Positions 26,298 to 32,000 are shown, counted from the stretch's first letter. The stretch: DNA of 32,000 nt from Candidatus Methylomirabilis oxygeniifera (GCA_000091165.1 FP565575.1:1230001-1262000), one strand, 5' to 3'. A program made the numbers and translations. The notes: a model not told the origin generated them from the letters alone.

Positions 26298-27575
26298 CTA
26301 GATGTACTTTTTGGCTGCCCGCTGTTTCCATATCATCGGAAGGAGCAGGTTCAGGACGTCATCGACGGTGATGATCCCTCGCAGCTCCCCCCCCTCATCT
26401 ACTACCGGCACGGCCATCAGGTTGTACTTGGTAAAGGTCTCGGTGACCTCGCGCAGGCCGGTCTCCGGCCGAACACTGATGATCTGCCGCTCCATGATCT
26501 CACTAAGCCGCTGGCTCGGGTCGGCCAGGATCAGCTCCCGGAGGCTCAGCACCCCTAAGAGTCGATCCAGGTCGTCCGTCACGTAGATGTAATAGATCGT
26601 CTCGGCCTCGGCACTCTCAGTAGAGCGGAGCCGACCAATCGCGTCAACCATGGTGAGGTCAGCCGGCAGAGTAAACACCTCGGTGGTCATGAGCCCGCCG
26701 GCAGTGTCTTCCTCGTGTGTGAGCAGCTCGACGACCTCCTGGGCCTCCTCTTTCTCCATCGTCTCCAGGAGCTCCTGCGCTTTCGCTTCCGGGAGATCGC
26801 TCAGAATGTCCGCCGCCTCATCCGGCTCCATGCGCTCCAGGATGTCGGCAGCCTGCTCGCTTTCCATCATCTGGACCATTGAGGTCTGGACCTCCGGCTC
26901 CGTCTCGGTCAACGTCTCAGCGGCGGTCTCTTCGTCTAATGATGCCAGCACGGTCGCACGTTCACTCGGGCTCAGCTCTTCGATAATGTCGGCGATATCG
27001 GCAGGATGAAGCTTCGCCAATTTGGCATACGCCGCGCGGTGTTTGGCCTTCGTAAGCTCTGTCTCGACCGGTTCGACCACCTCCCAGGCGACCGTCTCGC
27101 GCTCCAACCGCACATCGAACAGACGCTCAAGCTGCTCAATACGGGCATCGGATACGAGGTGTCGTAAGAGGCTACGAAGGCCGCCCTCCACCGCCACCAG
27201 TTGCAGCCGTCCTTGCGTCTCCTGGAACTCAAGGTCATTGACCCGGATCACCTTGTGGCGCTTGGTGTCCACAACCTTTCGATCGACAAGTGTCTTTCCT
27301 AACCCCATCTCTTCGGCTCGCGGCTCGACCGACTCAAGCGCCTCGCGCTTGGAAGACAGGTACATCACCGCCGGCTCATGCTCCAGACGCGCGACGGCCT
27401 CCCACGGCAGGATCAGCTCCTCTTTCTCAGATGTCAGGACGACGAGCTTCGTCACCGGAGGGAGAATCCCCAGTGGTAAGAGAATCAGGTCTTTGAGGCG
27501 ACCCACCAGCCGACCTCCGGCATCCATCACCGGACAATATCGCAACGTGGAGAAAAGGAGAGGCATGGGTTTCAT
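26298..27575 (-). CDS. Soluble PRC-barrel + MgtE N-domain + CBS-pair protein (no MgtE membrane domain)
   Basis: Two PRC-barrel-like segments. Acidic MgtE_N helices (HPADIADIIEEL...AADILERMEPDEAADILSDLPE...). CBS pair (MTTEVFTL...IYYIYVTDDLDRLLGVLSLRELI...LMAVPVVDEGGELRGIITVDDV). The protein ends without TM helices. Confidence 0.85.
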   Translation of the reverse strand: MKPMPLLFSTLRYCPVMDAGGRLVGRLKDLILLPLGILPPVTKLVVLTSEKEELILPWEAVARLEHEPAVMYLSSKREALESVEPRAEEMGLGKTLVDRKVVDTKRHKVIRVNDLEFQETQGRLQLVAVEGGLRSLLRHLVSDARIEQLERLFDVRLERETVAWEVVEPVETELTKAKHRAAYAKLAKLHPADIADIIEELSPSERATVLASLDEETAAETLTETEPEVQTSMVQMMESEQAADILERMEPDEAADILSDLPEAKAQELLETMEKEEAQEVVELLTHEEDTAGGLMTTEVFTLPADLTMVDAIGRLRSTESAEAETIYYIYVTDDLDRLLGVLSLRELILADPSQRLSEIMERQIISVRPETGLREVTETFTKYNLMAVPVVDEGGELRGIITVDDVLNLLLPMIWKQRAAKKYI

Positions 27576-27614
27576 ACGGTCTCCGTCCTGTCCTTGTAAT
27601 ATGAATAGGACCCG

Positions 27615-27672
27615 TTGTCAACCGTATTTCCACCTGTCATGCCGCCTCTCAATCGGCCACTGGGAACGCCTT
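27615..27672 (-). repeat. Copy A of a duplicated promoter-proximal element, upstream of the PRC/MgtE_N/CBS gene
   Basis: ttgtcaaccgtat + ttccacctgtcatgccgcctctcaatcggccactgggaacgcctt. The 49-nt core matches copy B at 39/49 without gaps. The minus strand carries TTGACA at 27621-27616. Confidence 0.8.
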
Positions 27673-27713
27673 GAGCAGGCGTGTAAGGAAGAGGGGGGCC
27701 GCGCTCCAACCCT

Positions 27714-28337
27714 TCATACCTGACCGCTTCGTATGCCTTTACGGATGAGTGCATTGAGGGTGGACGAGTGTGCAATCTCTTTTTTATAGATGAGCGGATC
27801 GGCTTGGAAGCGTTTCTGGATGTAGGCATCCACTCGACCCTTTAACTCGTACGGCAACGGCCTATCATCACCTGTAGCCTGGGACGTATCAGCCGGATCG
27901 CCGTACATCGGATGATGCTTCCTGAGTGCTGCAGCCGCTTGCTCCGGTGTTTGACCCTCTCCAGACCCTTTCAAACAAATGGCGTACCGCTGGAGTCCAT
28001 CAACCTTTTCTATCAGTACTCGCTCAATGGCAGGGAGATTCCACCACCACCGTATGTCTGAATCGGTCACGCCTTCCTGCCTCTTCATGGCAAACTGTTC
28101 TTTCACGGACGGATCTGTCGATTCTCGTAGAAGCAACTGATCGCCATAATCCTGAGGCGTGTCGGCTGCTCCTGATCGCTTCAACTCCTCTTTCGCGTCA
28201 CGGATCATGTCTCGAGCGGTGCGTCGCGCCTCACTGGCCGATATTCCCATCATCGACTGAAACATCTGAGCATGAGTGTCCTCAAGCTGGCGTTCGTAAT
28301 CTGACTGGCTTGAAAACAGACCGGATAGGAAGCCCAT
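27714..28337 (-). CDS. Hypothetical 207-aa cytoplasmic protein (orphan)
   Basis: Clean ORF MGFLSGLFSSQSDYERQLED...DIRWWWNLPAIERVL... with no family I recognise. Flanked by copies A and B of the duplicated element. Confidence 0.55.
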   Translation of the reverse strand: MGFLSGLFSSQSDYERQLEDTHAQMFQSMMGISASEARRTARDMIRDAKEELKRSGAADTPQDYGDQLLLRESTDPSVKEQFAMKRQEGVTDSDIRWWWNLPAIERVLIEKVDGLQRYAICLKGSGEGQTPEQAAAALRKHHPMYGDPADTSQATGDDRPLPYELKGRVDAYIQKRFQADPLIYKKEIAHSSTLNALIRKGIRSGQV

Positions 28338-28490
28338 GGGTAACCCTCCCGATGGTTTTTACCAACCCACAACGACATTGTCTACAGCATACCATACCGA
28401 AAAGGCGACAAACTGTTGAGCATGCTGACCGGCAGAGTATGCAGGTACAGCGCGAACCTTTCTACATGATTTTCGCTTCGATTCACACAC

Positions 28491-28563
28491 TTGTCAACTG
28501 TATCCCCAACGCGGGTATTTCCACCTGTGATTCCACATCTCAATTGTCCCACGGGAAGGCCTT
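28491..28563 (-). repeat. Copy B of the duplicated promoter-proximal element, upstream of the 207-aa gene
   Basis: ttgtcaactgtat, then a 15-nt insertion (ccccaacgcgggtat), then ttccacctgtgattccacatctcaattgtcccacgggaaggcctt. The minus strand gives TTGACA (28497-28492), a 17-nt spacer and GAAAAT (28474-28469). Contains the 12-bp palindrome GGAAGGCCTTCC. Confidence 0.8.
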
Positions 28564-28695
28564 CCATGAGGTGCGATACCACGGCCGGGAAGATGGGGGT
28601 AGTGGAGGTCTTGAAGAAATACGGACGTCTCTCTCAGTGAACAGGCTCGACGTCAGGATAGGTACGGTTTCGGTTGCGGAGCGGCAACCGGACGG

Positions 28696-28986
28696 TTACG
28701 CTACTCCATCGATCACAACAATGTTGGTCGTCGCGCTCTGCCGGCGTAGGCCTCTCGCCTCACGATACTCCGGAGACTCGAGCCACTGCTTCGCGCGAGC
28801 AACATCTGGACACTCCAGGATCACCAGGCGGTTGGGCACCCAATCGCCCTCCAGCGTCTCGGTCCGACCCCCACGCGCCACACAGCTGCCGCCATATGCG
28901 GTAAGGGCGTGTGGCGCCAGTTGCGTGTACCGTTCGAAGCCGACCGGATCGGTCACCTCAATATCGAGAATCATGTACGCTGCCAT
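28696..28986 (-). CDS. DUF1330 domain protein
   Basis: MAAYMILDIEVTDPVGFERY...GGR.ETLEGDW.P.RLVILEFP... is the pattern of DUF1330, at a typical 96 aa. Confidence 0.8.
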   Translation of the reverse strand: MAAYMILDIEVTDPVGFERYTQLAPHALTAYGGSCVARGGRTETLEGDWVPNRLVILECPDVARAKQWLESPEYREARGLRRQSATTNIVVIDGVA

Positions 28987-29099
28987 TCTACCCTCTGCCC
29001 ACTCTCGGACATTGCTCCTACAGCCGACCCGCTCATACGCGTGCCAGCCCGTTGATCTGCTGGGCGACGACGCCTGTCAGTCCGACTTCCACCAGGAAT

Positions 29100-29443
29100 C
29101 TACCGGCCCAGCACGACGTCGATTCCGTCCAGAATCAGCTCCAACTTTGCAGTCGGAAGTTTTCCGACCCGTTCCGTGAGCTGCGCCTTATCAACAGTCA
29201 CCATCTGCGACACATTGGCGACCGACTCCCTGGCAAGCCCGGTGACGCGGGGCGAGAGGATCACGTTGCCTGGCGCGGCCGCCCACTTGAGATTGCTGGT
29301 CAACGGGACACACACACAACGGTACCGATCCGGCTGCGATTCAAGCCGTCTCCCTGTACCACAACGACGGGGCGCCGAAAGCCGGGGCCGGAACCGGTGG
29401 GTGCCGGCAGATCGGCCCACCAGACCTCGCCCTGCGATATCAC
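29100..29443 (-). pseudogene. mazF: MazF/PemK-family endoribonuclease toxin, frameshifted in a (TG)5 tract
   Basis: N-terminal frame from GTG 29443 (GTGA overlap with the antitoxin stop): VISQGEVWWADLPAPTGSGPGFRRPVVVVQGDGLNRSRIGTVVCV. C-terminal frame: CVPLTSNLKWAAAPGNVILSPRVTGLARESVANVSQMVTVDKAQLTERVGKLP...VLGR. The two frames switch inside acacacacac (29308-29317). This could also be a sequencing error. Confidence 0.7.
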
Positions 29444-29679
29444 CACTCGCTACGCTCCAGGGTCTGGCGCGCCGCCGCAGCCGTAAACTCATCCGCCGTG
29501 GCGTCCCCTAGTTCGACGCACACGCGGTCCATAGCCTCGGTCACTTCCTCCGGGGCATGGCGTGCGACATACTCCCGGAGCGCCTCGCTGAACAGCCGAC
29601 TCCGAGACATGCGTGCCCGCTTGGCCAACCGCTCGGCCCGCTTGAAAATCTCGTCAGGAACTGATACGGCGGTTTTCAT
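29440..29679 (-). CDS. Ribbon-helix-helix (CopG/MazE-like) antitoxin
   Basis: MKTAVSVPDEIFKRAERLAKRARMSRSRLFSEALREYV is a typical RHH N-terminus. Lies immediately upstream of and overlapping the mazF-like gene. Confidence 0.8.
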   Translation of the reverse strand: MKTAVSVPDEIFKRAERLAKRARMSRSRLFSEALREYVARHAPEEVTEAMDRVCVELGDATADEFTAAAARQTLERSEW

Positions 29680-29723
29680 ACCAGAAGTATAACCTCACGT
29701 ACCCTCAGCGTCAAGCCTGCCAA

Positions 29724-30028
29724 TCAGTGGACCTCGGCATAGACTCGAACCTGCTTTTCGAGCCTTTTCCCCACTTGGTCCTCTTCTACATCCAGATCGT
29801 ATTGAGCCTGAAGACCAAGCCAGAATTCGGGAGAGGTCTGAAAATAGCGGCCGAGCCGCAGGGCAGTATTGGCCGTGATGCCCCCTTGCCCAGGACGATT
29901 TCATTGATGCGGCGAGGGTCGACTCCGATGTCCAATGCCAAACGGTGCTGACTCAGGCGAAGGGGCCTTAAGAACTCCTCCTCGAGAACCTCGCCAGGAT
30001 GCACCGGCGCCAGTTTCCTGCCAGCCAT
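29724..30028 (-). pseudogene. higA: HigA-family (XRE HTH) antitoxin paralogue with a 1-nt deletion frameshift
   Basis: About 95% identical by eye over about 322 bp to the intact copy at 31354-31676. gatgcccccttgcc (around 29885) compares with gatgcccctcttgcc in the intact copy, so the frame is lost after ...NEIVLGK. Confidence 0.7.
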
Positions 30029-30044
30029 AATTACTACCTCCTAT

Positions 30045-30086
30045 GTGTAGATACCCCATGGGCGTAAGCCCGCGGGGTATCTACAC
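30045..30086. other. 42-nt perfect hairpin: 13-bp stem, 2x2 internal loop, 4-bp stem, GTAA loop
   Basis: GTGTAGATACCCC-at-GGGC-gtaa-GCCC-gc-GGGGTATCTACAC. It sits where the intact paralogous locus has higB. Confidence 0.85.
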
Positions 30087-30182
30087 CAGCGCGGACGGGC
30101 GCGCAGGCGGCGTCATTTTAACGCCAGGGCTTAGCAGACAGAGCGAAGCGACGACCTGCTGCAGCCCTTTGTTCGACACGTT

Positions 30183-30440
30183 CTACGTTCCGGCCGTGAC
30201 GAGCGGCGGCACATGCTTCACGCCGATGATACCATCGATAGATAAATCTTCATCTACATCTGGCCAGTGAATTCCGTAACCAGCAGGGGATACCTCAAAG
30301 TTGTCCCTCTGTTCCTGGCTAGCGTTTCGCAAACGCTCCGACTCACCGGCAACATCGATCAGGTAATCCTTCCCGTCGACTCGCAAATGCATGATGGTGC
30401 CAGAGAAGCCCACCTGTTGGACATGGTGTGCTTTATCCAT
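30183..30440 (-). CDS. DUF2442 family protein
   Basis: MDKAHHVQQVGFSGTIMHLRVDGKDYLIDV...GYGIHWPDVDEDLSIDG. AGGAGG RBS upstream of the ATG at 30440. 8-nt overlap with the upstream DUF4160 gene. Confidence 0.8.
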   Translation of the reverse strand: MDKAHHVQQVGFSGTIMHLRVDGKDYLIDVAGESERLRNASQEQRDNFEVSPAGYGIHWPDVDEDLSIDGIIGVKHVPPLVTAGT

Positions 30441-30690
30441 TCTTCCCCTCCTGAAATTTGTTCCATTCGGCCACGATGTAATCAAAATGGTCGAAGATGA
30501 TGCGCCGTACGATTCTCTTGTCCGCAGGGCTCATGTTGTAGGCATGGGCCTCCAACGCCTCGAATCCTTGAATATCGAGCCAGTATTTTGCCTCAGCCTC
30601 TCCCTTACGACAATGAACGTGAATCGGTTCGTTGCGTTCATTAGCGTAGAAAAAGAACCTCCAGCCAAGCATCACCAGTATTGTCGGCAT
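30433..30690 (-). CDS. DUF4160 family protein
   Basis: MPTILVMLGWRFFFYANERNEPIHVHCRKGEAEAKYWLD is a typical DUF4160 N-terminus. Confidence 0.8.
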   Translation of the reverse strand: MPTILVMLGWRFFFYANERNEPIHVHCRKGEAEAKYWLDIQGFEALEAHAYNMSPADKRIVRRIIFDHFDYIVAEWNKFQEGKNG

Positions 30691-30838
30691 CTTATCCCAG
30701 TGTCCTCCACTCGATCTTCCCTTATGCTATCAATGGGCATCTCTCTTGTCACGGGGGGCATTTCTCTTTCCTCTTTGTCGAACTACTGAGTATGCTGATC
30801 AGTATATGACGACCATTCCAGTGTCGGTTCTTGTCGGA

Positions 30839-30867
30839 ATTGTCCGTCCCTTCCAAGACGTTGTCAA
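30839..30867 (-). promoter_or_regulatory. Candidate promoter for the DUF4160-DUF2442 pair (TTGACA-17 nt-GACAAT)
   Basis: On the minus strand, GGTTGACAACG (the same extended -35 context as in copy A, and nearly the same in copy B) and GACAAT. Motif match only. Confidence 0.3.
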
Positions 30868-30941
30868 CCAGTTTCCGGTCACCATCTAACCCGCACACAC
30901 TGATCACGATATGCTCAATATACCGGCAGGGGATTGAGGAC

Positions 30942-31195
30942 CTACGCCGGCAGGGACTCCGCCGGACTTTGGACTCCTCTCCCACCGCGGTTTAAGACAT
31001 GGGTGCACATCATCGTGGTGGCGAGATCGGTGTGCCCCAGAAGCTCCTGGACGGTTCGGATATGGTCACCGTCTTCCAGCAAATAGGTGGCAAAGGAATT
31101 GCGTCGGTGTAATGGCTGGTCGCCGGACCTGATCGAGGCTGGATGGGGTGACGTGGAATGGTCGACAGCATGAGGTGGGCACGGCGGGGCGTGGG
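30942..31195 (-). pseudogene. intI: Degenerate 3' fragment of an integron-integrase-like (IntI) tyrosine recombinase
   Basis: Minus-strand translation: ...[56 protein letters not shown]. The IntI-type tail is NRGGxGVxSP. The catalytic Tyr (IYTHV) is Cys here (MCTHV), and the HxxRH box has degenerated to LHRRN. The upstream part ([12 protein letters not shown]...) is in another frame. No N-terminal half is present. Confidence 0.65.
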
Positions 31196-31228
31196 ATGAC
31201 TCCTGGCTCTTATTGCAACTGCGAGGGT

Positions 31229-31318
31229 CTAACAGACAACCGGGGTCTGTCCCCTATTACTCAGTTCAAAACCGACCGGATCGGTTACCTCAATATCAAG
31301 AATTAGGTAGGCTGCCAT
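31229..31318 (-). pseudogene. Remnant of a DUF1330 gene (first ~18 codons only)
   Basis: MAAYLILDIEVTDPVGFE then unrelated sequence and a stop. 31264-31329 matches 28932-28997 at 56/66 positions, including the RBS region. Confidence 0.6.
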
Positions 31319-31353
31319 GTTACCCCCTGTCGATTCAACAAGCTCACTGTACG

Positions 31354-31659
31354 TCAGTGGACCTCGGCATAGACTCGAACCTGCTTTTCGAGCCTGTTCC
31401 CCACTTGATCCTCTTCTACATCCAGATCGTATTGAGCCTGAAGAGCAAGCCAGAATTCGGGAGAGGTCTGGAAATAGCGGCCGAGCCGCAGGGCAGTATT
31501 GGCCGTGATGCCCCTCTTGCCTAGGACGATTTCATTGATGCGGCGAGGGTCGACTCCGATGTCCAATGCCAAACGGTGCTGACTCAGGCTCAGAGGCTTC
31601 AAGAATTCCTCATCGAGAACCTCGCCCGGATGCACCGGCGCCAGTTTCCTGCCAGCCAT
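31354..31659 (-). CDS. higA: HigA-family antitoxin (XRE-type HTH), intact copy
   Basis: MAGRKLAPVHPGEVLDEEFLKPLSLSQHRLALDIGVDPRRINEIVLGKRGITANTALRLGRYFQTSPEFWLALQAQYDL is the canonical HigA pattern. GAGG RBS. Confidence 0.85.
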   Translation of the reverse strand: MAGRKLAPVHPGEVLDEEFLKPLSLSQHRLALDIGVDPRRINEIVLGKRGITANTALRLGRYFQTSPEFWLALQAQYDLDVEEDQVGNRLEKQVRVYAEVH

Positions 31660-31671
31660 AATTACTACCTC

Positions 31672-31845
31672 CTAGTGATAGTCAACAATCTCAACCTCGT
31701 AGGCGTTGTTGCCCCGCCAATCAAAGCAGACTCGCCACTGATCATTAATCCGGATCGAGTATTGCCCGGTCCGATCGCCTCTCAACTTTTCAAGCCGATT
31801 CCCCGGCGGGGAGCGAAGATCCCAAAAAGGGCTTCGCGTTGTTAG
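31672..31845 (-). pseudogene. higB: HigB (RelE/ParE-fold killer protein) remnant lacking the N-terminal third and any start codon
   Basis: Minus-strand translation: ...DLRSPPGNRLEKLRGDRTGQYSIRINDQWRVCFDWRGNNAYEVEIVDYH*. The frame hits TGA upstream without ATG, GTG or TTG. It abuts the stop of the HepT-like gene. Confidence 0.6.
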
Positions 31846-32000
31846 TTCATGCTCTTTGCGATTTCGCCTTTGAATTTGGTAAATACCGACTCAGCGTCTC
31901 CTACAAGCGGCTCCATACGTTCAGGGGAGAGGTCCAGCGCATAGCCGTGGCCGAAAAAGTGGCGGAACGCCAGATAACGCTTCAAATCGTCCAGTAATCG
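31842..32000 (-). CDS. HEPN-domain HepT-like toxin, C-terminal 52 codons (5' part beyond the window end)
   Basis: Minus-strand translation: RLLDDLKRYLAFRHFFGHGYALDLSPERMEPLVGDAESVFTKFKGEIAKSMN*. It contains the R-x4-H-x-Y motif (RHFFGHGY). Confidence 0.55.
   Translation of the reverse strand, partial: RLLDDLKRYLAFRHFFGHGYALDLSPERMEPLVGDAESVFTKFKGEIAKSMN

Noticed and set aside
27576-27713. Possible Mg2+ (M-box) riboswitch in the leader of the MgtE_N/CBS-NRAMP operon
   Set aside because: The leader is only about 138 nt. I could not recognise conserved M-box segments. The best candidate -35 box lies only about 41 nt from the ATG, leaving almost no 5' UTR. An Rfam scan would settle it.
28382-28582. 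66-aa minus-strand ORF covering repeat copy B
   Set aside because: The homologous copy A hits a stop after 8 codons in the same frame, so the conservation is at the DNA level rather than the protein level.
27926-29179. 417-aa plus-strand ORF, the longest unassigned ORF in the track
   Set aside because: It runs antisense across four independent minus-strand features: the 207-aa gene, repeat copy B, DUF1330 and mazF. It is Arg/Ser/Pro/Thr-rich with no recognisable domain, RBS or family. It is a typical shadow ORF of GC-rich coding DNA.
30045-30086. CRISPR-like repeat (contains GTAGAT/ATCTAC, reminiscent of Cas12a repeat stems)
   Set aside because: It is a single copy with no spacer-repeat periodicity and no cas genes. 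The arm order is opposite to that of Cas12a repeats.
30749-30985. 78-aa minus-strand ORF
   Set aside because: Its 5' part is an out-of-frame reading of the IntI-like fragment's tail. The remainder has no recognisable features. It may hide another gene remnant, but I cannot support a call.
31227-31249. Possible integron attC/attI core sites: GTCTAAC on the plus strand (GTTAGAC on the minus strand) at 31227-31233, ATCTAAC at 30886-30892, and a 6-bp hairpin ACAGAC/GTCTGT
   Set aside because: Each 7-mer fits RYYYAAC/GTTRRRY. I could not find a properly spaced complementary partner box or the L'/L'' structure, and single 7-mers occur by chance. This needs a covariance-model search.
1-32000. tRNA, rRNA and CRISPR arrays
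   Set aside because: Reading the intergenic regions longer than about 75 nt showed no cloverleaf-compatible segments, rRNA-like sequence or regularly spaced direct repeats.

Overview
32-kb window, roughly 58-60% GC by eye, from a diderm-type environmental bacterium. I cannot assign a taxon from the sequence alone.

Positions 1-28.3 kb are mostly core genes:
- sucCD on the minus strand.
- A 980-aa MrfA/YprA-type helicase with a DUF1998 zinc module, fused to a YprB/MrfB-like DEDD exonuclease.
- A PmtA-like methyltransferase, a DUF151 nuclease and an M28 peptidase.
- A cell-envelope cluster (7.9-13.1 kb): two extremely Tyr-rich secreted proteins, glycine-zipper/PEGA lipoproteins, a TIGR04073-type protein and a GT-C glycosyltransferase.
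- M20 amidohydrolase and GT2 genes.
- A peptidoglycan-recycling neighbourhood: anmK, a SIS protein, a D-aminoacylase, a C26 amidase, an M48-like lipoprotein and nagZ.
- A cytochrome c and radC.
- An NRAMP-related transporter with magnesium-type site substitutions, preceded by a soluble PRC/MgtE_N/CBS protein.

Positions 28.4-32 kb are an accessory island of decaying toxin-antitoxin modules, all on the minus strand:
- An RHH antitoxin with a frameshifted mazF.
- Two higA paralogues, one of them frameshifted, and a 5'-truncated higB.
- A DUF4160/DUF2442 pair.
- DUF1330 plus a duplicated remnant of it.
- An edge-truncated HepT-like HEPN toxin.
- A degenerate integron-integrase (IntI-like) fragment.

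Non-genic signals:
- A dispersed heptanucleotide tandem-repeat family, (TANNCCC)n, at gene junctions.
- A duplicated ~60-bp promoter-proximal element flanking an orphan 207-aa gene.
- A 42-nt perfect hairpin inside a highly structured spacer.

I found no rRNA, tRNA or CRISPR array. Many long ORFs in the track are antisense shadow ORFs of the GC-rich genes and are not called.
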